A stretch of DNA of 63,893 bases, filler included, from Mycoplasmatota bacterium (GCA_012727915.1; 9 parts of 9 records of this genome joined end to end with filler, not necessarily neighbours in it), one strand, 5' to 3'; positions 41,072 through 51,628 are shown, counted from the whole stretch's first letter. Numbers and translations are program-made. Notes: generated from the letters alone by a model not told the origin.

Positions 41072-42223
41072 TTATTTTTCCGCTAGAGTTCTAAGTGTTC
41101 TATATTTATTAAAATTAAATTCTTTTATTTCTAATTTTTTTACCATAGGATCTTCTAAATGAGCATTATATCTACTATAGTATATGTTTTTTAAATCTTC
41201 ATCTTCGAATAACATATTCATAAAATTATTTATTCTTATATCTGGAGTTCTATTGTCTGATATAAAATCATAAAAGTTTGATTGACTATCTTTAGAACTA
41301 GATATCTTTTTAGCGTATTTCATAATAGATCCATATAATATTATATTCTTATGCCAATCATCATATTCTAATGTACCGTTAGGAACTCTAAATTCTATAG
41401 TATTATTTAATCTATTTATAATGTTATAAATATTTAATCCAAAATCTTTATAATTTAATATCCTACTATCTATTTCTATAAATCTTTTAATAGCATCAAA
41501 ATCTAATTTTTTACTATTTTTAACAAATATTTCCATAGTATCAAATATATGTTTAAAAGAATTAGCGTATCTCTTTGCAGCATCCCTGCACATGAATTTT
41601 TCATTATTTGATATTAAATATAATTCTTTTTCAAAATAGTTATATAAAAATAATAAATTTAAAAATTCATTAACCTTTTTTAAATATTCAAATCCCATAT
41701 GAATATGTCCTCCACATGATTGATTAACAAAAAAATCATTAGCATCCATAAAAGTACATACTCTACTAATATTACTTAAATCTTCTCTAGTATAATGCAT
41801 TATAGGAGAAACAAATTCTACTCCTTTATTTACTGTGTTTTCCTCAACTATTTTCCATTTTTCATAATTAAAATTATCAATAAATATTTGATTTTTTTCA
41901 CCTTTAGCTTCTATTTCAATTCCAAATGTTAATTCAGAAGGTAATAAACCTTCTCTTATCTTACTACAATCAGAAGTCTTATATAATCCTTCAATACCTC
42001 TTATGATATAATCATATTTCTTTATTGAATTTAATAATTTAACTTTTAATTCTACAGAAGTTAATCTTTCTAATTCACTTATCTTTAAAGCAGGATTCTT
42101 TAATAAAAATAAACCATAATAAATGATTTCTTGTGATTGTTCACGCTCTATATAAGATAATATTGCATCATCGGTTAATCTCTTTAAATATGAAATCTTT
42201 TCCTTTTCAACAAAATCATTCAT
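41072..42223 (-). CDS. Amidoligase (COOH-NH2 ligase) family protein
   Basis: TFGIEIE, EFVSP, CGGHIHMG, TIEFRVPNGTL; extra N-terminal region. Confidence 0.85.
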   Translation of the reverse strand: MNDFVEKEKISYLKRLTDDAILSYIEREQSQEIIYYGLFLLKNPALKISELERLTSVELKVKLLNSIKKYDYIIRGIEGLYKTSDCSKIREGLLPSELTFGIEIEAKGEKNQIFIDNFNYEKWKIVEENTVNKGVEFVSPIMHYTREDLSNISRVCTFMDANDFFVNQSCGGHIHMGFEYLKKVNEFLNLLFLYNYFEKELYLISNNEKFMCRDAAKRYANSFKHIFDTMEIFVKNSKKLDFDAIKRFIEIDSRILNYKDFGLNIYNIINRLNNTIEFRVPNGTLEYDDWHKNIILYGSIMKYAKKISSSKDSQSNFYDFISDNRTPDIRINNFMNMLFEDEDLKNIYYSRYNAHLEDPMVKKLEIKEFNFNKYRTLRTLAEK

Positions 42224-42239
42224 TAAATCTCCCTATTTA

Positions 42240-42737
42240 TTAATGTGGTCCATATCCTCTTACCTTACATAATGTTCTTCCTAAAGAAGCTAGTTTGGCA
42301 CTTTGATTATAACCTTGTTCTTCATTATCGTGTATTTTTGGAGTCATATATATTCCAAATACATCCTCTCCATTACTAATTGAATCATAATAATTAGAAG
42401 TATTCACCTCTTTATTTGATATAAGATCTACTCTTTTTACTCTTATATTGTCAAATGCATGTTCATATAAAATGTTTCTTAATTTGTTTAATCTATCTTC
42501 TAAATCTTTAACAGAATCACTAAAACCATTCTTAGAATATATTTCTAATCTCTTATTTAACATTTCTAACATATTAATTCTAATAAATTCTTCTGGTACT
42601 CCTTTAGTATCTTCATAACCTATAAGAATAGCAGGATTATCATTATAATAACCAAACCTAAAACAACCAGCTTTATCTATAAACTTAGCAATACCAATTG
42701 CTTGTTCAAATATATATTTTCCTTCTAATTTTTCCAC
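42240..42737 (-). CDS. Hypothetical protein (paralogue of 42751-43272)
   Basis: GTG start after AGGAG; MEKLEGKYIFEQA N-terminus. Confidence 0.7.
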   Translation of the reverse strand: MEKLEGKYIFEQAIGIAKFIDKAGCFRFGYYNDNPAILIGYEDTKGVPEEFIRINMLEMLNKRLEIYSKNGFSDSVKDLEDRLNKLRNILYEHAFDNIRVKRVDLISNKEVNTSNYYDSISNGEDVFGIYMTPKIHDNEEQGYNQSAKLASLGRTLCKVRGYGPH

Positions 42738-42750
42738 AGTTTCTCCTATA

Positions 42751-43272
42751 CTATTGTTTTTTTAAAACATTCCCTATTTGTAAATCTTTATTATATTCAG
42801 ATGAAATCAAAGTATATCCCATACCATTATAATAATGATTTATAAAAAGACTCTTACTTATATCTTCACTAGTTAAATCTACAGAAGGAATAATCCTTAT
42901 AGAATCATATTTATCTTCAATCTTCTCTCTAATATAATCCATATCTCTAACTAACCTATCAAAAGATTCTATATTAACTTTCTTTGAAAAATATAAATCA
43001 TATCTATTCTCTTCACTCTCTTCTATCTCTGGATATATAATACAAAACAAAGGAAAATCATTCTCTTCTTCGTTTAATATCACAATAGTTTTATGTCCTT
43101 TATAACCAGGCACTAAGAAAGGCACTATTGATTTATTTTTAGATAATTTATATGTTTCATCATCCATATCATTTCCATCAAAAACACTAGCATCAATTGG
43201 TGGCACACCACATACAAAACTTGCCAAATCATAAGCTTGATCAAAAGTAAATTGTCCGTTAATCTTTTCCAT
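42751..43272 (-). CDS. Hypothetical protein (paralogue of 42240-42737)
   Basis: AAGGAG RBS; MEKINGQFTFDQA N-terminus. Confidence 0.72.
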   Translation of the reverse strand: MEKINGQFTFDQAYDLASFVCGVPPIDASVFDGNDMDDETYKLSKNKSIVPFLVPGYKGHKTIVILNEEENDFPLFCIIYPEIEESEENRYDLYFSKKVNIESFDRLVRDMDYIREKIEDKYDSIRIIPSVDLTSEDISKSLFINHYYNGMGYTLISSEYNKDLQIGNVLKKQ

Positions 43273-43427
43273 TTAATATCTCCTTTTATATGGTTATTTA
43301 TACTATCACAATAATAATAAAAAAGCAATATTTGAAATGCACCCTTTAAAGTAGACATAAATAAAAAAGAATCAATATTTTGATTCAATTATTTTACTAT
43401 TAACTTTTTTATTGGATAATAATAAAA

Positions 43428-43820
43428 CTAATTTGTTTTTCTTTTCTCTAATAAATACTTTCTTGTAATAAAGTTCCAAATCATTACTATAAATGTTGCT
43501 ATTAATTTTGAAATCATATAATGTACATTTCCAATATGAGATAGCAAATATAATATTACTTCATTTATTCCAAGTCCAATTAATGCTCCGCTCAAGAACA
43601 GAGATTTCTCTTTTGCATTTCTTTCTTTTCCAGCTTCAAATACCCATACTACACTAAAATAATAGTTAAAAACAAAAGAAATAGAAAAAGATACCACTTG
43701 AGAAATTAAAAAATGAAGACCAATTACTTCTGTCAACAAATAAAGTATTGAGTAATCTATTACAAAAGCAATTGCCCCTATTAAACCGAATTTTAAAATT
43801 TGACTAATCAATTTTTTCAT
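43428..43820 (-). CDS. GtrA family flippase-like protein
   Basis: QILKFGLIGAIAFVID, FNYYFSVVWVF, SKLIAT...WNFITRK. Confidence 0.92.
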   Translation of the reverse strand: MKKLISQILKFGLIGAIAFVIDYSILYLLTEVIGLHFLISQVVSFSISFVFNYYFSVVWVFEAGKERNAKEKSLFLSGALIGLGINEVILYLLSHIGNVHYMISKLIATFIVMIWNFITRKYLLEKRKTN

Positions 43821-44505
43821 TATTGTTCTCTAATATGTTCATGAATAGTTCATATTGCTTTCTATCTTTTTTATTGATATGAGATAAAACTATTCCCACA
43901 AAGAAAGAAACAACCATGGAAAGCATTGCTAAATTTGATATATTTTGATTATTAACATCAAATATCAAATTTGAAAAAATTAACCATACTATAAAACTCA
44001 AAAAGGAAATAACATTAAAATATAATCTTGGTCTATACTCTCTTGTTAATTTTAATATTGTCATTAGTATCTTAAACCCATCTTTATATGTGTTTAATTT
44101 TGATTCACTGCCTTTTGGCCTATCTTTATAATCCACTTCAACTTCAACAACTTTATAATTTTTATTTGATGAGTGTATAGTCATTTCAGTTTCTATTTCA
44201 AACCCTTTAGATACAATCGGAAATCCTTTTACAAACTTTCTATTAAAAGCTCTATACCCAGTCATTATATCTTTTACTTTATTATTAAATAGTTTGTTTA
44301 CTAATAATCTAACTAATTTGTTTCCTATATTATGAAAAGGCCTTTTATTCTCGGTAAAATAAGTTGAAGATAATCTATCTCCAATAACCATATCCGCTTT
44401 TTGTTCTAAAATTAAATTACACATTTCTCTTGCGTGTTTTGAGGGGTATGTGTCATCACCATCTATCATCAAATAACAGTCTGCTTCAATATCTCTGAAC
44501 ATGCT
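43804..44505 (-). pseudogene. Glycosyltransferase family 2, 5'-truncated
   Basis: Begins mid-domain at SMFRDIEADCYLMIDGDDTYP with an in-frame TAA just upstream; DIMTGYRAF and FEIETEMT present, N-terminal IPCYNE-type strand missing. Confidence 0.75.
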
Positions 44506-44944
44506 TTAATTCTTTTTTAATAATCTCAATTCTCTTTGCTTTTATATCATCAGCAGCTCCAGGGAATATTCCCTCTAAAAAGCTTACAATTGGTAAATCT
44601 TGTTTTACTAAAATGTTTTGTAGTACTAATTGAAATTTAAAATCCTTAATATCTTCTTCCATTTCTTGATATTGAGGTAGTTTCCTTGAAACAATAGATG
44701 CTTTTGTTTTATCATCAAATGCTTTATATTGTATTATTTCTTGAGTAGATATTATAATTTCTAATTTTAATCTTTCTACAAATTCTTCATTTAATTTGTC
44801 TCCTGGGAATGCAAAATCAATAGAAGCTTCAACAAAAGCATCTTGAAATTCATTTCTAGGACTTTCAATCATTATTAATAAATCTTTATAAAAGCTTAAT
44901 TTAGTATTTAATGCTTTTAAATAATCGTCATTTAAAATAGTCAT
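44486..44944 (-). CDS. Hypothetical protein, 3' end runs into the GT2 remnant
   Basis: GGGGG RBS and consensus promoter; last codons overlap GT2 sequence out of frame. Confidence 0.65.
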   Translation of the reverse strand: MTILNDDYLKALNTKLSFYKDLLIMIESPRNEFQDAFVEASIDFAFPGDKLNEEFVERLKLEIIISTQEIIQYKAFDDKTKASIVSRKLPQYQEMEEDIKDFKFQLVLQNILVKQDLPIVSFLEGIFPGAADDIKAKRIEIIKKELKHVQRY

Positions 44945-44974
44945 ATAATCCCCCCTTCTTAAATGTCTTGGAAT

Positions 44975-45002
44975 ATTATAACAATGAATTATTTTTTGTC
45001 AA
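44975..45002 (-). promoter_or_regulatory. Sigma-A promoter with extended -10
   Basis: TTGACA-N16-TATAAT with TGn. Confidence 0.75.
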
Positions 45003-45013
45003 GTAACTTGAGA

Positions 45014-45155
45014 TTATTTTGGAAGATAAGTCCATATCCCCTCTTGAGATGGGGCAGTATATACGCCCCCTTGTTTTGTTGGATTATAAGTATCATAAAA
45101 AGTATGTGTTTCTGAAATAGCATTAGTTTTTGCATTAACATTTGATGGTATTTCT
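45014..45155 (-). CDS. 3' end of a probable LRR/BspA-like surface protein, 5'-partial
   Basis: EIPSNVNAKTNAISETHTFYDTYNPTKQGGVYTAPSQEGIWTYLPK-stop. Confidence 0.45.
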
Positions 45156-45255
45156 NNNNNNNNNNNNNNNNNNNNNNNNNNNNNNNNNNNNNNNNNNNNT
45201 TAATTAATTAANNNNNNNNNNNNNNNNNNNNNNNNNNNNNNNNNNNNNNNNNNNN
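45156..45255. other. Artificial contig linker
   Basis: N/TTAATTAATTAA/N spacer. Confidence 0.99.
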
Positions 45256-45257
45256 AT

Positions 45258-47933
45258 ATAGACTTACCTGATACAGTAAATGATTATATGAAAAGTATAT
45301 CTTCAATAACAGGAAGGAACTACGCTCCATTTGTATATTATGGAAATCCAAATGCTAAAAACATTATTGTTGCGATGGGTTCTGTTTGTGAAACAATAAG
45401 AGAAACTATAGATTATATTGAAGGAGATATAGGTTTAATTGAAGTTCATCTCTATAGACCTTTCAGTTCTAAATATTTATTAGATGTTTTACCAAAAAGC
45501 GTAGAAAAAATTGTAGTATTAGATAGAACTAAAGAACCAGGTAGTATTGGAGAACCATTATTCTTAGATATTAAATCAATAGTAAATGTTCCTGTTTATG
45601 GTGGTAGATATGGTTTATCAAGTAAAGATACTAATCCATCACAAATAAAAGCTATATATGATTATATGAATAATGGAACAATATTTCATGGATTTACAAT
45701 TGGAATAAATGATGATGTTACTAATTTTAGTTTAAAAGAAACTCCTTTTGAAATTAATGATGAATCAGTAAAAGAATTTTTAATTTATGGATATGGTTCT
45801 GATGGAATGGTTGGAGCTTCTAAAGATATTATTAAATTAATTGGAGATAATACTGAAAGTAAAGTACAAGGTTATTTTCAATATGATTCTAAAAAGAGTG
45901 GGGGATTAACAAGAAGTCATATGAGATTTTCTAATAAAGAAATTAGAAGTACTTATTTTGTTAATAATCCTCATTTAGTAGTATGTTCTAAAGAGAGCTA
46001 TTTAAATAAATATGATATGATTTCAAATATTAGAAAAGATGGAATCTTTATATATGTTACTAATTTAAATGAAGAAGATTTTAATAAGAAACTTAATAAA
46101 GAAAACGTATTAAAAATAATAAATAATAATATAAAAGTTTATATAATTGATGCTTATTCAATCGCAGAAAAAAACAATTTAAAAAACAAAGTAAGCACTA
46201 TTTTAGAAGTATGTATTTTAAAATTATTAAATTTATCAAATTTTGATTTAATTTTATCTAAAATGAAAGATAATATTTCAAGTAGATTTGGAAACAAAGG
46301 TGAAGATATAGTAAAGAATAATTTAAACTCTATTGAAGAAGCTATATCTAGTTTAAAACTAGTAAGTATTAATCAAAATTTATATAGTGATGAGTTATTT
46401 ACCTTGGGTTCTGGAGTTAAAGTTTTTGATTATATGAATGAATTAAGGGGAGATTCTTTAAAAGTAAGTGATTTTTTATATATGAAAAATGGTACTTTCA
46501 ATATAGGAACAACTAAATTTGAAAAAAGATCTATCGCTGAATCTATACCTGTATGGAATAAAGATAATTGTATTCAATGTAATCAATGCGCAATGGTATG
46601 CCCTCATGGAGTAATTAGACCATATTTATTAAATGAAGAAGAATTAAATAATGCTCCTGATAGTATAAAAAATGATGTAATACCTGCAGTTGGGTCTGAT
46701 TATAAGTTTAAGATTGGAATATCTCATATTAATTGTATGGGGTGTTCGTTGTGCGCTAATGTTTGCCCGGGAAAAATGGGAAATAAGGCTTTAACTATGG
46801 AACCAATTGATACTGCAAAAAAAGATGATAAGTATCTTAGAACTGTAAGTATCAAAAAAGATCAAGTTAAAAATACAATTAAAGGTTCTCAATTTAATAA
46901 ACCTTTATTTGAATTTAGTGGAGCTTGTGCAGGATGTGGAGAAACTCCATATATAAAATTATTAACTCAATTATTACAAGATAGATTAGTAATAGCAAAC
47001 GCTACAGGATGTTCTTCTATTTATGGAGCATCTTTACCAAGTATTCCATATAATATTCCTTGGGCAAGTTCTTTATTTGAAGATAATGCTGAGTATGGTT
47101 ATGGAATGTTAATTGCTACTAATACAATAAGAAATAGAATAAAAAACATTATGGAATCTAATTTAGAAACGAGTAATGGAAACTTATTTAAAGAATGGTT
47201 AGATAATCCAAATGATTATGAAATAAGTAAACATGTTTATGGAAATATTGATTATAGTTTGGTTCCAGAATTAATTGAATTAAAAGAATTTATCCCATAT
47301 AAATCTATATGGACAATTGGAGGAGATGGATGGGCATATGATATAGGTTTTGGTGGAATTGACCATATATTATCTTCTAACGATAATGTTAATATATTGG
47401 TACTTGATACTGAAGTATATTCTAATACTGGAGGTCAAGCTTCAAAATCATCAAATAAAGGTGCAATTGCTAAATTTGCATCTAGTGGAAAAGTAACAAC
47501 TAAGAAAGATTTAGCTAAAATAGCAATGTGTTATCCTAATGCATATGTAGCGCAAGTATCATTAGGTGCTAATATGCAACAAACTATAAATGCATTTTTA
47601 GAAGCAGAAAATCATGATGGACCTTCAATAATAATTGCGTATTCTCCTTGTATAAGTCATGGAATTAAAGGGGGAATGGGGAATTCAAATGAACAAGAAA
47701 AAATGGCAGTTAAATCTGGATATTTCCCAATATTTAGATATAATCCTAAAGAACCAAAATTCACATTAGATTTTAAAGAGCCTGATTTTAATTTATTTAA
47801 TGATTTTCTTAATTCACAAACTAGATTTAGTATGTTAACAAAAATTAACGAAGAAAATGGTGAACAATTATTAATAGATTTAAAAGAAGAAGCTATAAAA
47901 AGATTTGAATATTACAAAAATATTGAAAAATAA
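45258..47933 (+). CDS. nifJ: Pyruvate:ferredoxin (flavodoxin) oxidoreductase, 5'-partial
   Basis: GGRYGLSSKD, YDSKKSGG, two CxxCxxCxxxCP, FSGACAGCGETPY, GGDGWAYDIG. Confidence 0.96.
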   Translation: MDLPDTVNDYMKSISSITGRNYAPFVYYGNPNAKNIIVAMGSVCETIRETIDYIEGDIGLIEVHLYRPFSSKYLLDVLPKSVEKIVVLDRTKEPGSIGEPLFLDIKSIVNVPVYGGRYGLSSKDTNPSQIKAIYDYMNNGTIFHGFTIGINDDVTNFSLKETPFEINDESVKEFLIYGYGSDGMVGASKDIIKLIGDNTESKVQGYFQYDSKKSGGLTRSHMRFSNKEIRSTYFVNNPHLVVCSKESYLNKYDMISNIRKDGIFIYVTNLNEEDFNKKLNKENVLKIINNNIKVYIIDAYSIAEKNNLKNKVSTILEVCILKLLNLSNFDLILSKMKDNISSRFGNKGEDIVKNNLNSIEEAISSLKLVSINQNLYSDELFTLGSGVKVFDYMNELRGDSLKVSDFLYMKNGTFNIGTTKFEKRSIAESIPVWNKDNCIQCNQCAMVCPHGVIRPYLLNEEELNNAPDSIKNDVIPAVGSDYKFKIGISHINCMGCSLCANVCPGKMGNKALTMEPIDTAKKDDKYLRTVSIKKDQVKNTIKGSQFNKPLFEFSGACAGCGETPYIKLLTQLLQDRLVIANATGCSSIYGASLPSIPYNIPWASSLFEDNAEYGYGMLIATNTIRNRIKNIMESNLETSNGNLFKEWLDNPNDYEISKHVYGNIDYSLVPELIELKEFIPYKSIWTIGGDGWAYDIGFGGIDHILSSNDNVNILVLDTEVYSNTGGQASKSSNKGAIAKFASSGKVTTKKDLAKIAMCYPNAYVAQVSLGANMQQTINAFLEAENHDGPSIIIAYSPCISHGIKGGMGNSNEQEKMAVKSGYFPIFRYNPKEPKFTLDFKEPDFNLFNDFLNSQTRFSMLTKINEENGEQLLIDLKEEAIKRFEYYKNIEK

Positions 47934-47937
47934 ATTT

Positions 47938-47961
47938 AAAAAGAGTAAATACTCTTTTTTT
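47938..47961 (+). terminator. Terminator after PFOR
   Basis: AAAAAGAGT...ACTCTTTTT. Confidence 0.6.
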
Positions 47962-48003
47962 AATAAATATAGTATAATTTAAATATGAACATAAGGAGAT
48001 AAT

Positions 48004-49302
48004 ATGGAATCAAAAGAAGATATTATTGATATACCTAAATGGATGAGATTAGATAATGCAGCAACCATATATCCATATACTATTACAAAAAAATATGCTG
48101 CTACTTTTAGATTGAGTATCACTTTAAATGAGAAAATAGATGTTATTATTTTAAAAAAAGCTTTAAAAAAAGTATTAAAGAGAATTCCATCTTTTAGTTA
48201 TAGAATAAGAAAAGGTTTGTTTTGGTACTATTTAAGTTATTTAGAAGGTGCTCCAGATATTTTAGAAGATATAAGAAATCCAATGTGTAACTCACATTTT
48301 AAAGATAATAAACATTTTATGTTTAAAGTAAGATACCATGGTTCTAGAATTGCAATAGAAATATTTCATTCTTTGACTGATGGAATGGGAGCAATAACTT
48401 TTTTATTAACTTTAACATCAGAATATTTAAAATTGAAATATAAAATAAATATCCCAAATAATTCTTTTATATTGAATACTAAAGAAAAACCAAAAAAGGA
48501 AGAATTTGAAGATAGTTTTAAAAAGGTTGCAAGAAATAGGGGTAAACTAGAGAAAGAAAAACCAGCTTATCATGTTTCAGGGATTCAAGAAGAAGGGCAT
48601 ATAGTAAATATTATTACTGGAAAAATACCAATAGATAATTTGAAAAGTGTTTCTAAAAAATATAATTGTACTATAACAGAATTTTTAGCGGCTATTATGA
48701 TTTTATCTATTCAAGAAATTCAAGAAAAAGAAAAATCTAAAAGAAGGAGAAATAAACCAATAAAGCTTTCTATACCTGTAAATTTAAGACCTTTCTATAA
48801 TTCTAAAACTTTAAGAAATTTTTCTTCTTATGTTAATGTTGGAATAGATAGTCAATATGGACATTATTCTTTGGAAGAAATAATTATTCAAGTAAAAAAT
48901 CAAATGGGTATGATGATTACAGAAAAAAAGTTAAATGCTAAATTAACTGGTAACGTAAAAATTGAAAACAATAAATTAATAGGAATTATTCCTGCATTTA
49001 TTAAAAAATATATTTTATCTATTGGTGAAAAAATGATGGGAGATAGATATTGCTCTAGCAATTTATCTAATTTGGGTAACATATCTTTACCAAATGAAAT
49101 GGTTCCTTATTTATTAGATATGAATGTTATGGTAGGAAGATCAAAAGGAAAGCCTAATTCAGCTGCTTGTATAGGATATAATAATAATTTATATATTTCT
49201 TTTTCTAGAAAGATAAAAGAACCTATTACTGAGAAATTATTTTTTACAAAATTAGTGGAAATGAATATACCTGTAGAAATTGAAAGTAATCAAGGGAGGT
49301 AA
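48004..49302 (+). CDS. Alcohol acetyltransferase / condensation-domain family protein
   Basis: WMRLDNAA, GLFWYYL, FHSLTDGMG (HxxxDG), PVNLR, SNLG. Confidence 0.8.
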   Translation: MESKEDIIDIPKWMRLDNAATIYPYTITKKYAATFRLSITLNEKIDVIILKKALKKVLKRIPSFSYRIRKGLFWYYLSYLEGAPDILEDIRNPMCNSHFKDNKHFMFKVRYHGSRIAIEIFHSLTDGMGAITFLLTLTSEYLKLKYKINIPNNSFILNTKEKPKKEEFEDSFKKVARNRGKLEKEKPAYHVSGIQEEGHIVNIITGKIPIDNLKSVSKKYNCTITEFLAAIMILSIQEIQEKEKSKRRRNKPIKLSIPVNLRPFYNSKTLRNFSSYVNVGIDSQYGHYSLEEIIIQVKNQMGMMITEKKLNAKLTGNVKIENNKLIGIIPAFIKKYILSIGEKMMGDRYCSSNLSNLGNISLPNEMVPYLLDMNVMVGRSKGKPNSAACIGYNNNLYISFSRKIKEPITEKLFFTKLVEMNIPVEIESNQGR

Positions 49303-49304
49303 AT

Positions 49305-50000
49305 ATGTCTTATTGCGTTAATTGTGGCGTTAAATTATCCAAGTCAGAACACAAATGCCCTTTATGTGGAACGATAGTGGTAAATCCAAATATTGATATA
49401 AATAATATTGAGGAAGCATATCCAGATAGGATTGAAATTCATAATCCTAAAATAAATTGGAAATATTTATTTAATTTATTTAATATGTTTCTTATAGTAT
49501 TTGGATTAACTACTGTATTATGTGACTTATTTATTATTGGAAAAATAACGTGGTCATTATATGTTTTGGCCTCTACTGCATATGTAGGAATAGTGTTATT
49601 CTTTATGTTTTTAAAAAACAAATATATATCTTTAATTATTTGGTTATTAAGTACTGAATTATTTATATTTTTAATCGCATATTTAAATAATGGAATGAGT
49701 TGGTTCTTATATTTAGTAATGCCATTTTTATTTATCTTTGGAATATTTTGTTTGATAATTCTTTGGATAATTAAAAGAAAAAATAAGAATTTAATTAGAA
49801 TACTTTCTTTTGTATTGTTCTTTTGTGCATTATCAATAATTGTAATTGAAATTTTAATAGATCTATATAATTTTAAGACAATAGATTTATATTGGTCAAT
49901 ATTTGTAACTTTACCAATTTTATTAATTAGTATTGTTTTTATTGTGATATCCTGCAACAAAAAAATGTTAGAAGAAATTAAACAAAGAATATTTATTTAA
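49305..50000 (+). CDS. Zinc-ribbon multi-TM protein (DUF6320-like)
   Basis: YCVNCGV...CPLC followed by about six TMs; coupled to the acyltransferase. Confidence 0.7.
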   Translation: MSYCVNCGVKLSKSEHKCPLCGTIVVNPNIDINNIEEAYPDRIEIHNPKINWKYLFNLFNMFLIVFGLTTVLCDLFIIGKITWSLYVLASTAYVGIVLFFMFLKNKYISLIIWLLSTELFIFLIAYLNNGMSWFLYLVMPFLFIFGIFCLIILWIIKRKNKNLIRILSFVLFFCALSIIVIEILIDLYNFKTIDLYWSIFVTLPILLISIVFIVISCNKKMLEEIKQRIFI

Positions 50001-50052
50001 AAATTGACTAATATGAAAAAAGTTTATAATATTACTTTAAATGGAGGTTAAT

Positions 50053-50622
50053 ATGAACAATGAGTCATCAAAAAAATTGTCAGAAAGTTTATATTATATT
50101 GGTACTATTGGTTTAATAGAAAACATAAGTAAACAAGATTTGATCGATTTTAAATCAAAAGGTATTTTATATCTATCAAAAAAATACGCAGTTAAAATTG
50201 ATAATGATTTATTTGTTACTTCTTTTTTTAGCACAGGTACACAAGATGGAATTGAAATTAATAGATTAGATATAGAATTGAGAAAAAAAGATAAGCTTTC
50301 TTTAGCGTTATTTGATGAAAATTGGAACGCTGTTATTGGAATATTGCATTTTAGATTTAATGTTCCAAGTATCGATTATATTAAACAAGATAATGATAAT
50401 CTGTTTGCTGAAGGTATTAATGGAGACAAATGGGAATTTATAAAAAAAAGATGGAATACCTCAAAACAATATGATTATGAAATGGAAAGTAAACTATCAG
50501 AAATTGAAAAAATAAGAATTCAACATATGTCATCATTAATAAAAACTAGAGCATTAGAAAATATAGTAAAACAAGATGAGGCAAAAAAATTAATAAGAGA
50601 AAGAAGGACAAATGAAAAATAA
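50053..50622 (+). CDS. Hypothetical protein (cassette 1, gene A)
   Basis: GGAGG RBS then MNNE; TTGACT...TATAAT upstream. Confidence 0.72.
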   Translation: MNNESSKKLSESLYYIGTIGLIENISKQDLIDFKSKGILYLSKKYAVKIDNDLFVTSFFSTGTQDGIEINRLDIELRKKDKLSLALFDENWNAVIGILHFRFNVPSIDYIKQDNDNLFAEGINGDKWEFIKKRWNTSKQYDYEMESKLSEIEKIRIQHMSSLIKTRALENIVKQDEAKKLIRERRTNEK

Positions 50623-51178
50623 ATATAGTATAAATGATGATTTGTTTACAATTGGAATTATTAATGCTTTAACTGGTTATTATGAAATGTATGCTTCAAA
50701 AACTACTAACAATTATGAGAATATATGTTATTTAAATTCGGGAATCATTTTAAAATCTTCTATACTTTATTTTAATAGAGATGAATATGTTGAACATTTA
50801 GAGAAATTCAAAGTTCCTAATTCTTCGAAAAAAAATAGATCAAATTTTATGATAAAACCTAAAACCGAAGAAATAATCAGAGTACAAATATATGATGTAA
50901 AAAGCGATAGAAAAGTATTGATAGAAAAACAATTTGAAGAGGAAAGATATAGTAAACTACTAAAAGAAGGTTTATCTTATGAATATATTAAAAATTTGAT
51001 TACTGATGTATTAAATAATAAAGATACTTTCTTTGATACAAAAATTAAAGATAAAGAATATGACTATAATGATGATCAAAAAAAGGACATTAAACTTAAA
51101 TCTATGAATTTAATGAGATGGTTAGACTTTAAGATTAGAGAAGAAAAGGATGTTAAAATACTACAAAAAAACGATTAA
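50612..51178 (+). CDS. Hypothetical protein (cassette 1, gene B)
   Basis: Overlaps gene A by 11 bp; starts MKN. Confidence 0.72.
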   Translation: MKNKYSINDDLFTIGIINALTGYYEMYASKTTNNYENICYLNSGIILKSSILYFNRDEYVEHLEKFKVPNSSKKNRSNFMIKPKTEEIIRVQIYDVKSDRKVLIEKQFEEERYSKLLKEGLSYEYIKNLITDVLNNKDTFFDTKIKDKEYDYNDDQKKDIKLKSMNLMRWLDFKIREEKDVKILQKND

Positions 51179-51187
51179 ATATCGTTT

Positions 51188-51550
51188 TTATTTTAATAAT
51201 TCATAAATATCTTTTAAATCAAGAAGTTCTTGTTTTTCTTTATATTTGGGGATCAAATGCATATGATAATGTTTTATATCTTGCCCAAATCCATTATTTT
51301 GAACAATAGTAATACCATCAGGATTTAATTTTTCTAAGATATGTTTATACATCTTTTTAATTATTACATTTATATGGTTCATGATCTCTAAATCAATATC
51401 TTTAATATTTTCGTAATGCTTTTTAGTAACAATTAGAATATGGCCATTTGAGTTGGGATTATTATCTAATATTACATTTATAATTTTATCTTCATAGATA
51501 GAATAAGAAAATATTTCTTTATTTATAATTTTACAAAATATACAATCCAT
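51188..51550 (-). CDS. HIT family protein
   Basis: MDCIFCKI, GHILIV, QNNG, HYHMHLIP. Confidence 0.93.
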   Translation of the reverse strand: MDCIFCKIINKEIFSYSIYEDKIINVILDNNPNSNGHILIVTKKHYENIKDIDLEIMNHINVIIKKMYKHILEKLNPDGITIVQNNGFGQDIKHYHMHLIPKYKEKQELLDLKDIYELLK

Positions 51551-51614
51551 ACTATAACTCCTAATATTATTTTAACACTAAAAGTGTAAAGAATCAAAAT
51601 ATAATATTTACAAA

Positions 51615-51628
51615 TGAACATTTGTTCT
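51615..51628. promoter_or_regulatory. LexA-like (SOS) box
   Basis: TGAACATTTGTTCT (GAAC-N4-GTTC) between TTTACA and the -10 region. Confidence 0.65.
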
